64,000 bases of DNA from Candidatus Saccharimonadota bacterium (GTDB lineage Bacteria; Patescibacteriota; Saccharimonadia; Saccharimonadales; SZUA-47). Of the stretch, positions 54,251 to 63,620 are shown one piece after another; positions within the stretch are counted from its first letter, which is position 1, and each line of letters begins with the position of its first letter. Both the position numbers and the translations under genes were made by a program. The DNA is taken from positions 513,449 to 577,448 of the forward strand of contig CP065013.1 in NCBI GenBank assembly GCA_016700315.1, written 5' to 3'. A model generated the notes under the pieces. The model ran no database searches, was not told the origin of the DNA, and was given only the letters and a program-made list of their open reading frames with translations.

Positions 54251-55471
54251 TCAAACTAATTTGGTAGTTACGCAGACTTGATCATTCACAAATTGCAAAT
54301 CATTCTGGAAGACGCTACTATCGTTGGAGTGCAGTACAATTACTGCCGAGGCTTTGTAGCCCTGGGATGATTTACCAACAAAATCTCCGATCTTGGGCTT
54401 AATGGACAAATAGTTAAACGACTGCAAGCCTTTCAGTAAATCCTCATTCTGAATTCCAGAAAAGATCCCTGGTGTTTTTGGGAATAGCTCTAGTACTGCA
54501 CACGGTTCGTTTTTTTTCGGAGTAATATCCAAGGGTTGATCCAAAATAGTTGATAGTTGATTGCCCAGAATGTCTATTCCGTTGGCTAGTTCATGCATTC
54601 GCTCCCGATATCCGCCGTTACGAGCACCAATCTCAACAACTCTAGGGCCCTCTATGGTAACAATTATCTCTATATGAGCCGCTGAACTTTTCATACCCAA
54701 TGCCTCTACAGCTTTTACTGCTACATCTCTGAACTCTTTTTGTATCGAATGACTTAGCTTGCTAGGAATCACACGACTATAATGGAAGTTGTCGTCAAAG
54801 CCAATATCATAACCAGTCTGATAGTCAACGATATCGTCCAAAAGGCTTACCTTACCGTTCTTATCAATGTAAGCATCGATAGAATGAATTGAACCTTCCA
54901 TAAACTCTTCTACTATCATTTCTAAGGAAGCCCTAGGGGCATACTTCGCGTAAATCTTTGGAGCTATTTCTTTGGCCGCATTATAGGCGCCGATTAGTTC
55001 TTCCAAATCATCACACCTTGTAACTAGTAGGCTTTTGGCTAGATTTGTGGGTTTAATAATTAAAGGAAAGCTACTATTTTTTGCAAACTCTATCAGATCG
55101 TTTTCCGAACTAATTTTCTTAAACGCTGGACTGATTTTTTTGGGGGCTTTGGCAAATAGTTCCCGCATTTTTGACTTGTCGGTACAAGCAGCGGCTGCTT
55201 CGATTGGTAAACCTGGTAATTTTAGTGCACGTGCTATTACAGCGCAAGGTTCGACGTATTGTTCGTACACGGCCATGCAGGCATCGATTTTTGGCAGTTG
55301 TTCTATCTTGCGAATTTCGTTTTCTAGGTCGTTAAAATCTATGTAGACTGTGTTTTTTCTGTGCTTTCCGTCTTGTTTGATCTTGTCTCTTAATACCGTG
55401 TACGTGTACCCTCTGGATTTTAGGTAGTTTCTTAGTCCTTTGTAGTTTTTGCCAACAATAGCTATATGCAT
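54251..55471 (-). CDS. ATP-grasp domain ligase
   Basis: 406 aa. FPLIIKP..., EEFMEG and ...VEIGARNGG fit an ATP-grasp fold. Confidence 0.65.
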   Translation of the reverse strand: MHIAIVGKNYKGLRNYLKSRGYTYTVLRDKIKQDGKHRKNTVYIDFNDLENEIRKIEQLPKIDACMAVYEQYVEPCAVIARALKLPGLPIEAAAACTDKSKMRELFAKAPKKISPAFKKISSENDLIEFAKNSSFPLIIKPTNLAKSLLVTRCDDLEELIGAYNAAKEIAPKIYAKYAPRASLEMIVEEFMEGSIHSIDAYIDKNGKVSLLDDIVDYQTGYDIGFDDNFHYSRVIPSKLSHSIQKEFRDVAVKAVEALGMKSSAAHIEIIVTIEGPRVVEIGARNGGYRERMHELANGIDILGNQLSTILDQPLDITPKKNEPCAVLELFPKTPGIFSGIQNEDLLKGLQSFNYLSIKPKIGDFVGKSSQGYKASAVIVLHSNDSSVFQNDLQFVNDQVCVTTKLV

Positions 55472-55521
55472 GGATACATATTATCATTTTCAAAACGCCA
55501 ATAGTGCGTATAATATGAGGC

Positions 55522-56019
55522 ATGCTACTGACAAAAAGAAAAACCGTCGGCCGCTCAGAGGTGATGAAACTACCCGACCTCGGTATGTTCAACATACCAG
55601 CCAAAACCGATACAGGCGCATACCGGTCTGCAATACACGCTGAGAATATTAAGATTATTAATGAAGCGGGTAGGGTGTATCTAGTGGCAGATATCATGTC
55701 CCACCATCCATCGGTAAAACAAAATCATTCATACAAGACTGAAAATTTCAAAGAAGTAACGATAGAAAACTCGTTTGGGCATCGTGAAAAAAGATACGAG
55801 ATACGTTTAAAAACAGTTGTAGCGGGTAGAAAATTTACAACTTCGTTTACGCTGGCCGATAGAAGTAAGAAGCCATACCCGGTACTTATGGGAAGAAAAC
55901 TACTTAATAAGAGATTTCTTGTCGATACATCTATAAGCATTATTAATCGTGTAGATCTTAAGAAAAATCATATTGCACTTCCACTTGACGAAGAATTGTT
56001 GTATAATAAAGAAATATGA
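55522..56019 (+). CDS. RimK-associated retropepsin-like protease (DUF785, annotated as ATP-dependent zinc protease)
   Basis: IPAKTDTGAYRSAIHA... lies immediately upstream of rimK, overlapping it by 4 nt. Confidence 0.6.
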   Translation: MLLTKRKTVGRSEVMKLPDLGMFNIPAKTDTGAYRSAIHAENIKIINEAGRVYLVADIMSHHPSVKQNHSYKTENFKEVTIENSFGHREKRYEIRLKTVVAGRKFTTSFTLADRSKKPYPVLMGRKLLNKRFLVDTSISIINRVDLKKNHIALPLDEELLYNKEI

Positions 56020-56927
56020 AATTTGCTATCCTCTCAAACGGTCCAGGTAACTACAGCACTAAGAGGCTGAAAGAAGAAGCACGCCTCCGTGGGCATGAAG
56101 TAGTAGTGGTTAAATATAGTGAATGCTATGCTTCGATTGCCCAAAATAAGCCAGTAGTGATGTACCGAGGTGAGGCCTTGACCGAATTCGATGCGGTTAT
56201 CCCGCGTATTGCTAGCAGCATGACGCGCTATGGTACGGCAATCGTTCGACAGTTTGAAATGCAGGGAGTTTACACAACAGCTAGTTCGATGGCTATTGTA
56301 CGCTCTCGAGACAAGCTTCGTACCCTGCAGCTTCTGGCTAGGGCGGGGGTAGGCGTTCCTAAGACGGTATTTATGCGTGATGCCAGTGATGTAGACGATG
56401 TTATCGAAGAAGTTGGCGGTGCGCCGCTAATTATCAAATTGGCACGTGGTACTCATGGCAACGGCGTGGTTCTCGCCGAAACCAAGAAGGCCGCCAAAAG
56501 TGTACTACAGGCATTCTACGTCATGGATGACGATGGGACTAACATTTTGCTGCAAGAATTTATCAAGGAATCGGCCGGAACCGATATTCGTGCCTTCGTA
56601 GTCGGCGGCAAGATCGTAGCCAGCATGAAGCGCCAAAGTCTTGATGATGATTTTCGTTCTAATCTTCACCAGGGCGGTGAGGGAGTTACGGTTAAATTGA
56701 CGGATGAAGAGCGCAAAGTTGTTTTGAAAGCAGCTAGAGCTATGGGCTTGTCAATCTGTGGCGTTGACTTAATGCGCTCTAGTAGGGGACCACTGATTTT
56801 GGAAGTGAACTCTAGCCCTGGTTTTGGTATCGAAACTGTAACTGGGCGCAATGTGGCAGAAAAGATTATTGATTATGTTGAGCAAAACGCCCGTGGCCGA
56901 CGCAAAAAAGATCGTGTCGGCGCGTAG
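56016..56927 (+). CDS. rimK: Ribosomal protein S6 glutamate ligase RimK (ATP-grasp)
   Basis: LIIKLARGTHGNGVVL, LLQEFI, and GVDLMRSSRGPLILEVNSSPG. Confidence 0.85.
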   Translation: MKFAILSNGPGNYSTKRLKEEARLRGHEVVVVKYSECYASIAQNKPVVMYRGEALTEFDAVIPRIASSMTRYGTAIVRQFEMQGVYTTASSMAIVRSRDKLRTLQLLARAGVGVPKTVFMRDASDVDDVIEEVGGAPLIIKLARGTHGNGVVLAETKKAAKSVLQAFYVMDDDGTNILLQEFIKESAGTDIRAFVVGGKIVASMKRQSLDDDFRSNLHQGGEGVTVKLTDEERKVVLKAARAMGLSICGVDLMRSSRGPLILEVNSSPGFGIETVTGRNVAEKIIDYVEQNARGRRKKDRVGA

Positions 56928-57366
56928 ATTTAGCTTGATCGAATCTGTTGAGTTAATTCTAGCGCTGTTGGCTGCTGCCATACTCACTTATTATGTATTT
57001 TTGGACAACGGACGAGTTCTTATATTACCGAACGGCAAAAGGCTGAATCTGGAGGTGCGTGACGACGAAATCGGGCGGGTACAGGGACTTTCTGGGCGGT
57101 CGAGCTTGTCTGAAAGCAGCGCAATGCTGTTCGTTTTTGATATCGAGTCAGATAGGTACTGTTTTTGGATGAAGGGCATGAAGTTTGATATTGATATATT
57201 GTGGTTGGATTCAAAGAAGCGTATTGTCGATGCAAAATATGCGGCTAGCCCAAGTTCGTACCCCGAAGAGTTTTGCCCAAAATCAGCAGCGCGCTACGTA
57301 CTTGAGCTGCCAGCCGGCCAAGCTCTCAAAAACGGTCTAATCATTGGGGTTCAAACCAAATTCTAG
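56914..57366 (+). CDS. DUF192 domain protein
   Basis: MLFVF...CFWMKGMKFDIDILWLD... The start is uncertain: the track gives 56851, and a GTG at 56914 limits the overlap with rimK. Confidence 0.5.
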   Translation: MSARRFSLIESVELILALLAAAILTYYVFLDNGRVLILPNGKRLNLEVRDDEIGRVQGLSGRSSLSESSAMLFVFDIESDRYCFWMKGMKFDIDILWLDSKKRIVDAKYAASPSSYPEEFCPKSAARYVLELPAGQALKNGLIIGVQTKF

Positions 57367-57432
57367 TGCGATTCTTACAAGGACAGTCCTTGTAACGGGG
57401 TAAATATAACGCTTGTGCTATAGTTGAAGTAT

Positions 57433-57912
57433 ATGACTTCTTATATTCTGCTGGCTGTTTTTGTGGGTATCCCGCTTGTTTTGGTGGCGTTTTTGCGCAC
57501 AAATGGCGCCATGCTTTTTTTCAGCGTAGCAGTGAGTGTTCTGCTTCAGCAGTTCTTGGATGCTGATGCGGCGCAAGTAGTAAACGGGTTGCTGCCAAAA
57601 ACCGGTATCGACTACATGTCGTTGATCGTTTTTTTGCTGCCACTAGTTTTTGTGGCGGTTCTTTATTCTGGAAGCGTCAAAAAATCTTTAATTGTACTGC
57701 ATCTTCTGCTGGCAGTTTTGGCTGGGCTTTCTGCACTTTTGGTCGCTGATAGGTTTTTGCCGAGCGCTTGGGTAGTCAGCTATAACGGTTCTAATGTTGC
57801 GAAAATAATACGTGATTATCAAACTATTATTATTGCTACTGGACTTTTGCTTGGCATTTTTATCATGCATCCTGGCCGCAACCGTGACCACCACAAAAAA
57901 CACGAGCATTAA
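57433..57912 (+). CDS. Hypothetical membrane protein (5 TM)
   Basis: ORF with hydrophobic helices. The ATG at 57433 is preferred over the TTG at 57424. Confidence 0.5.
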   Translation: MTSYILLAVFVGIPLVLVAFLRTNGAMLFFSVAVSVLLQQFLDADAAQVVNGLLPKTGIDYMSLIVFLLPLVFVAVLYSGSVKKSLIVLHLLLAVLAGLSALLVADRFLPSAWVVSYNGSNVAKIIRDYQTIIIATGLLLGIFIMHPGRNRDHHKKHEH

Positions 57913-58014
57913 TTAGCCTTTACTTTTAAAGATATTTTTGAGATAATTACCCCTGTTATATTTATCTATGTCATAGTTGAATATATAAAGTGTAGATCAA
58001 GCGTCGATTAGTAG

Positions 58015-58091
58015 GGGACCATAGCTCAGCTGGTTAGAGCACCTGCCTTTTAAGCAGGGTGTCCTGGGTTCAAGTCCCAGTGGTCCCTCCA
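58015..58091 (+). tRNA. tRNA-Lys (TTT)
   Basis: GGGACCA-TA-GCTCAGCTGGTTAGAGC-A-CCTGC-CTTTTAA-GCAGG-GTGTC-CTGGG-TTCAAGT-CCCAG-TGGTCCC-TCCA. The terminator CCCAG-ACATG-CTGGG plus a T-run follows. Confidence 0.9.
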
Positions 58092-58256
58092 AATAAAAAA
58101 CCCAGACATGCTGGGGTTTTTATTTGGAGATAGCAAAGCAAGCCAACTGCTTGGCTTGCGTGGGACTTGAACGGGCGGAGCGTTGTTGGACGCTACTCGT
58201 CCAACCGCGAGCCGGGTTCGCGAGCAAAATGCAACGCATTTTGACTTGTGAATCAA

Positions 58257-58276
58257 AAGTCCCAGTGGCCCCTCCA
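58257..58276 (+). other. Partial duplicate of the tRNA-Lys 3' end (att-like)
   Basis: AAGTCCCAGTGGCCCCTCCA matches the tRNA sequence AAGTCCCAGTGGTCCCTCCA (58072-58091) at 19/20 positions. Confidence 0.75.
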
Positions 58277-58328
58277 GTCTATGCTCAAAACAGAGATAAT
58301 TAGCTCCGTTTTTTGCTATACTAACAAA

Positions 58329-59096
58329 ATGTATAGAAATATCTCCGCAGAACAATATCGTGAGCACCTAGGATTCCCATATAATTACAAAGTTGATGCT
58401 ATGCTTTGCTATGGAACACTTTATGAGCAAGGGGTGCTGTCGCAACTTAAAGAAGCATTAGAAGACCTTGGGCTTGAAGCAGAATTAAATGAAATGCCGC
58501 ATGAATTTCTTAGATTTGCGAAAGAACTAAAAGTTGGCAACAAAAACATCTGGTTTGCAATTGGATACGGAGGTGCTTGGCTGAGCGAGTATTTACACTG
58601 GGCCTGTTTATTTGGATCGAAGAAAAATATTCTACTTGGTTCTTGTGGTGGGCTAAAACTTGGGATGAAACAAGGTGATTTTGTAGTTCCTGGCAGTAGT
58701 TATGGCGAAGAAAGCTCCGCTAAAATATACAATAGGGAAAGTAATATACATACCTCAGACAAAAACCTAAGTGAAAAAATTTCAAAAACTTTGGCTGAAG
58801 ACGGAACAAAAGTTTGGAATGGCCCGATTGTAACCTGCCAGGCGATGATAGGTGAAACATTAGATGACGTAAAAAAGTGGTCTGCAGACGGTTATTTTGG
58901 TGTTGAAATGGAGGCGTCGACAGTTTTCGCCGTTTCAAAACATTTTGATGTACCTTCGGCAGCTTCACTTTATGTCGGGGATAACCTAATCGAAGAACAT
59001 AATAATATGAGCAAAGAGTATGCCGCTGAAGCAGACTCCAGAAAGCAGAAACAAGTCAAACAAATAAAAATGGCTTTGTCTGAGCTTCTTTCCTGA
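58329..59096 (+). CDS. Nucleoside phosphorylase (PNP/UDP family)
   Basis: The start at MYRNIS is preferred because the longer ORF begins inside the tRNA-like repeat. LLGSCGGL and GVEMEAS. Confidence 0.6.
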   Translation: MYRNISAEQYREHLGFPYNYKVDAMLCYGTLYEQGVLSQLKEALEDLGLEAELNEMPHEFLRFAKELKVGNKNIWFAIGYGGAWLSEYLHWACLFGSKKNILLGSCGGLKLGMKQGDFVVPGSSYGEESSAKIYNRESNIHTSDKNLSEKISKTLAEDGTKVWNGPIVTCQAMIGETLDDVKKWSADGYFGVEMEASTVFAVSKHFDVPSAASLYVGDNLIEEHNNMSKEYAAEADSRKQKQVKQIKMALSELLS

Positions 59097-59191
59097 AAAA
59101 TAGTTGCTTTAGTTTGTACGATGTCCCTCCAAAATAATGCCTTATCGGAAGATGGGTATTGTTTATGATTGATAGCTAATAAATTTAGTCT

Positions 59192-60052
59192 TTAGATAGT
59201 GCTGCATTTGCTGGGTTGGCCAGTTTCGTAGCCCTGGTTAAACCAGTAAACTCTCTCTTCACTTGAGCCGTGCGTCCAGCTTTCTGGGTCCGTGTAACCT
59301 TGGGCTTTTTCTTGAATTCGATCATCGCCTACGGCTGCTGCAGCATCGATCGCCTCATTGATTTCGCCATTTTCAAACACTCCTACGTCTTTGAGAGAAT
59401 TAGCCCAGACTCCAGCGAAGCAGTCGGCCTGGAGCTCAACCTGAACCGAAACTTTGTTGGCTTGGTGAGAACCACGAGCTTGAGTAGACTCTAGCTCGTC
59501 CATAATACCAAGTTGGTTCTGGACATGATGGCCGACTTCGTGCGCGATAACATAAGCCTGGGCTACATCACCTCCTTTTGCGCCAAAACGCTTAGTAAGC
59601 TCATCAAAAAATGTTTCATCTAGATAAATTGTCTGATCGACGGGGCAATAGTGCGGGCCGACTTGACTGGTGGCAAAGCCACAGCCAGACTGAGTAGCGT
59701 CTCTAAACAACACAAGTTTACTAGGCTGGTAAACTTTGTTCTTCTGCTTGAAAACGCTCGTCCAAACATCGTTGGTGCTACCTAGAACAGTCGATGCAAA
59801 CTTCTCATAACTGTCGACTCCTTGAAACTGTGTAGCATCTTGTTTGGGCTGTTGCTGGACACTAACCTGTTGCAACTGATTTAGGATTTCGTCAACCGGG
59901 ATATTAGTTTGGCCTCCACTAAAAATGTTAAAAAGCGTCACAATTGCCAGAACCGCCAGTCCCATACCGCCACCGCCCAGAGCAAACTGCGTTGCTGCAC
60001 CACGCCTGTCTTCTACGTTGCCGCTGCTACCTATTTTGTCCCAGTTTGCCAT
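59192..60052 (-). CDS. YpfJ-like neutral zinc metallopeptidase
   Basis: MANWDKIGSSGNVEDRRG, a TM helix, and HEVGHHVQ. Confidence 0.75.
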   Translation of the reverse strand: MANWDKIGSSGNVEDRRGAATQFALGGGGMGLAVLAIVTLFNIFSGGQTNIPVDEILNQLQQVSVQQQPKQDATQFQGVDSYEKFASTVLGSTNDVWTSVFKQKNKVYQPSKLVLFRDATQSGCGFATSQVGPHYCPVDQTIYLDETFFDELTKRFGAKGGDVAQAYVIAHEVGHHVQNQLGIMDELESTQARGSHQANKVSVQVELQADCFAGVWANSLKDVGVFENGEINEAIDAAAAVGDDRIQEKAQGYTDPESWTHGSSEERVYWFNQGYETGQPSKCSTI

Positions 60053-60173
60053 ATGAATCTCTCTTTCTCTAACCATTTTATACCACGAATAACGTCAATT
60101 TTGTTAAGAAAATTACAAAACTTTGCATAAGCAATTTTATTCTTTGTCATAAACTGCAACAATCATACTGACT

Positions 60174-61613
60174 ATGAGAAGGATAAAGCGTACTACTCTT
60201 ATTTCGGTGGGCGCTTGTGCTTTGATTGTTGGTGTCGCAGCAGCCAAGCTTAGCCTTACTCAGCTAAGTGGTTCCTGGCTTTATGTGGCACTGGTTTTCT
60301 TACCCCTTGTATTTGTTTCTCGAAATCGACCGATTAAAATCCTGAGTATCGTGTTGGCTTGCTTCGTTTTTGGCTGGTGGAGTGCATCGAAAACGCTTAT
60401 ACGTCTTGGCGATTATGAAGATCTATACGGTCAAAAAGTGGTACTTGAAGTAACCGCCGATACGGATGGTTCGTACGACGATAAAACTCAAATTGCTTTC
60501 GATGCATCACATATACAAGTGTTAGATCAGGACGGTTATTGGCTTGTAGGAAGGGCGAAAATTGCCGGCTTTGGTACAAGCGATGTTCGGCGGGGTGATC
60601 GGGTAGAGGTAGAGGGTAAGCTTTTTCCGACAATCGGCGGAAAACAGGCTCGAATGAGTTATGCACAAATGAAGGTCGTAGAGCGCAGTAGCTCAGTTAT
60701 CGAGAAGACTAGGAGGAAGTTTTTGGCTTCACTACACACGGTTCTGCCAGAACCTTCGGCGTCGTTCGGTATTGGACTGCTGATCGGTCAGACGAGTGAT
60801 CTCGGCAAAGAATATGTAGACGTTTTGAGGATCGTAGGGCTATCACATATTGTGGCAGTCTCGGGGTACAACCTGACAATTATGGCCGAAGTTTTTAACA
60901 AAAAGTTTAAGCGTGGCTCTAAGTTTTTTAGACTTATTTTGTCGTTGCTGCTAATAAACATTTTTGTGCTGCTTGCTGGCACTAGCGCTTCAATTGCCAG
61001 AGCTGCGGTAGTATCAATGCTGGTGGCTGTCGCTAGTTATTATGGAAGAAACTTTAAGCCCCTAGTTTTAATTTTACTTGTAGCTGCTGGCTCTGCTTTA
61101 TGGAACCCACTGAATCTTTGGGGTGACATCGGTTGGTACTTGTCGTTTCTGGCTTTTTTTGGAGTTTTGGTGTTAGCGCCAGCGATTCAAAAAAGATTTT
61201 GGAAGAAAAAAGAGCCTAAGATAATGGCTCAAATTGTGCTCAGCAGTTTTTGTGCGCAGGCCATGACCTTGCCGTATATTATGTTTGTTTTTCACCAAGT
61301 TTCTCTGGTCTCGCTAATTACTAACATGCTTGTTCTACCTTTAATACCTCTAGCAATGGGCCTAACGGCACTGGCGGGCGTGGTCGGAATGATCCCGTTC
61401 TTGAAGGAGCTTGGTTTTGTTTTGGCTTGGCCGGCCAACATTCTTCTGAGAGGTATATTGGATGGTAGTGTGCTGTTCTCACGTGTGCCACATGCCTCAG
61501 TACAGATTGTGGCGACGCTCACTACAATGATACTAATGTATGGCTTAGTTATCTTAGTAGCGATTAAGTTTAGCCGTAGTCAAACTAGCCAAAAAACAGA
61601 TGTGAAGCTATAA
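60174..61613 (+). CDS. comEC: ComEC/Rec2 DNA internalisation channel (no beta-lactamase domain)
   Basis: 479 aa, polytopic. The competence-domain pattern ...GLSHIVAVSGYNLTI... is present. Confidence 0.75.
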   Translation: MRRIKRTTLISVGACALIVGVAAAKLSLTQLSGSWLYVALVFLPLVFVSRNRPIKILSIVLACFVFGWWSASKTLIRLGDYEDLYGQKVVLEVTADTDGSYDDKTQIAFDASHIQVLDQDGYWLVGRAKIAGFGTSDVRRGDRVEVEGKLFPTIGGKQARMSYAQMKVVERSSSVIEKTRRKFLASLHTVLPEPSASFGIGLLIGQTSDLGKEYVDVLRIVGLSHIVAVSGYNLTIMAEVFNKKFKRGSKFFRLILSLLLINIFVLLAGTSASIARAAVVSMLVAVASYYGRNFKPLVLILLVAAGSALWNPLNLWGDIGWYLSFLAFFGVLVLAPAIQKRFWKKKEPKIMAQIVLSSFCAQAMTLPYIMFVFHQVSLVSLITNMLVLPLIPLAMGLTALAGVVGMIPFLKELGFVLAWPANILLRGILDGSVLFSRVPHASVQIVATLTTMILMYGLVILVAIKFSRSQTSQKTDVKL

Positions 61614-61648
61614 TTAGGGTTAGCAAAGATAGGAAAGAGAGTAGGCAC

Positions 61649-62353
61649 ATGTCAGGGCATAGCAAATGGGCAACCATCAAACGAGCAAAAGGCGCCAACG
61701 ATGCCAAGCGCGGCGCAGTTTTTACAAAATTAGGCAATATGATCGCCATCGCGGCTCGTAGCGGGACTGACCCGCTACTCAATCCTGCGCTTTACACAGC
61801 TATCGAAAAAGCTCGTGCTGCCAACATGCCTATGAGCAACATCGACCGTGCTATAGCTCGTGTGGCCGACAAAAACGCTGCTCAGCTCATGGAGGTTATG
61901 TACGAGGGCTATGGCCCAGGCGGAACAGCTATTTTAGTCGAATGTGCCACGGATAACATCAATCGTACGTTGCCAGAAGTTCGTACGGCTTTCACTAAGC
62001 ATGGTGGTAATATGGCCGAGAAGGGTGCGGTTGCCTTTCAGTTTGCGCGCAAAGGAAATATTCGCGTTCGGGGAACTGGCGAGGATCTGCTACTAGCTGT
62101 GCTTGATGCAGGTGCGGAAGACGCAAGCGAAGAGGACGGCGAAATGCATATTGTGACTGATCCGAAAGAGCTTGGTAAGGTTCGAGATAACCTCAGGTCG
62201 GCCGGAGTCGAAATTCTCGACGCTGAGCTTACTTATCAGCCACTTAATACCGTAGAGATCAGCGACGAGTCTACCGAAGCCAAGCTTATGCGACTGATGG
62301 AAGCACTCGAAGATCTAGACGACGTGGTAAATACCCATACGAATTTGGCATGA
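61649..62353 (+). CDS. yebC: YebC/PmpR family DNA-binding regulator
   Basis: MSGHSKWATIKRAKGANDAKRG... Confidence 0.9.
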   Translation: MSGHSKWATIKRAKGANDAKRGAVFTKLGNMIAIAARSGTDPLLNPALYTAIEKARAANMPMSNIDRAIARVADKNAAQLMEVMYEGYGPGGTAILVECATDNINRTLPEVRTAFTKHGGNMAEKGAVAFQFARKGNIRVRGTGEDLLLAVLDAGAEDASEEDGEMHIVTDPKELGKVRDNLRSAGVEILDAELTYQPLNTVEISDESTEAKLMRLMEALEDLDDVVNTHTNLA

Positions 62354-62988
62354 GACTTTTCTTGTCATCCTATAAAATTGGCGACCATGGTGACAAACTG
62401 CACCAATTAGTAGGCGAAAATAAAAAGGTTGCAATGATTATTAATGCTCAAGACTACAAAATTCCAGTCGAAAGAAAAGAAAAATCTAATGAAGAAAAAG
62501 CCGATTTAGTTCGTGTAGGATTCGAGCCGTTCGAGGTTGATCTGAGAGATTTTTTTGACAGCCCAATTCAAGTAGAAGATTTGAAAGGCGCTGGCTTAGT
62601 ATGGGTGCGTGGTGGAAATGTGTTTGTTCTGAGGATGGCAATGTTACTGAGTGGTTTTGATTCATTATTGGTGGATAGCCTGCAAAAAGAACTCTTCGCC
62701 TATGGCGGTTACAGTGCGGCTGGCTGTGTCCTGTCGCCATCATTAATCGGCTACGACATAGTCGACGATCCAACCATGACCAAACGGGCTTATAATCTAG
62801 AGCCAAACTACAATGGGCTTAGCGTGATAAATTATACGTTTGAGCCGCACTACAAATCTGAACATCCAGAGAGTGCTGATATTGATAAAGAAATTGAAAA
62901 ACTTGATAAGCTTGGTCTACCCTATAAGACTCTACGTGACGGCCAGGCTATCATTGTCGACGGTGAGAAAGAAGAGCTGGTCGGATGA
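62350..62988 (+). CDS. Peptidase S51-like (type 1 glutamine amidotransferase-like) protein
   Basis: MRLFLSS...VAMIINA...VRGGNVF... resembles the peptidase E family. Confidence 0.5.
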   Translation: MRLFLSSYKIGDHGDKLHQLVGENKKVAMIINAQDYKIPVERKEKSNEEKADLVRVGFEPFEVDLRDFFDSPIQVEDLKGAGLVWVRGGNVFVLRMAMLLSGFDSLLVDSLQKELFAYGGYSAAGCVLSPSLIGYDIVDDPTMTKRAYNLEPNYNGLSVINYTFEPHYKSEHPESADIDKEIEKLDKLGLPYKTLRDGQAIIVDGEKEELVG

Positions 62989-63461
62989 AAATTTTAGGGA
63001 TTGATCCTGGGAGTGGCACGATCGGCTTTGGGCTGATTGAGCTAGCGAAAGGAAAACCTAAACTATTTGATGCAGGTGTGATCCAGACCAAAATTGGCGA
63101 TGAAGTACCGACTCGTTTGAATGAACTATACGAAAACCTTTGTGAGCTGCTTGATGAGCTCAAGCCGGACGAAGCTAGCGTTGAAAAGTTATTTTTTGCA
63201 CAAAATGTCACGACAGCCATGAATGTGAGCCAGGCCAGGGGAGTTATATTATTAGCTTTAGAGCGGGCAGGGGTAAAAATTTATGAGTACACGCCGCTCC
63301 AAATTAAAATGGCTATGACTGGTTACGGACGCGCTACTAAAGCACAGATCCAGGAGATGGTGCGCGTGCAACTTAGTCTCAAGACTAAGCCTAAACCCGA
63401 CGACTGCGCCGACGCGCTAGCTGCCGCTCTAACCCACTCCTCCTCACTCATAATCACATAA
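62985..63461 (+). CDS. ruvC: Holliday junction resolvase RuvC
   Basis: ILGIDPGSGTIGFG...VEKLFFAQN...DCADALAAAL. Confidence 0.9.
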   Translation: MKILGIDPGSGTIGFGLIELAKGKPKLFDAGVIQTKIGDEVPTRLNELYENLCELLDELKPDEASVEKLFFAQNVTTAMNVSQARGVILLALERAGVKIYEYTPLQIKMAMTGYGRATKAQIQEMVRVQLSLKTKPKPDDCADALAAALTHSSSLIIT

Positions 63462-63473
63462 AATTACTAGCAT

Positions 63474-63548
63474 TATTGCTACGGCATTATTTTTACAAGA
63501 ATTATTTTTTACAAGTACTATTGTTACAAGTGTTATCGCTACAAGCAT
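63474..63548 (+). repeat. Five tandem degenerate repeats of about 15 bp (iteron-like)
   Basis: TATTGCTACGGCAT / TATTTTTACAAGAAT / TATTTTTTACAAGTAC / TATTGTTACAAGTGT / TATCGCTACAAGCAT. Confidence 0.7.
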
Positions 63549-63620
63549 CACTGTAGTCGACATAGTTCTTGAACTTCACATTTCGTGTTCCTATGATCTG
63601 CTATAGCGTATAATAGGAAC

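Noticed and set aside
63474-63548. Possible CRISPR array.
   Set aside because: The repeats are only about 15 bp, degenerate and directly abutting with no spacers. There are no cas genes in the window.
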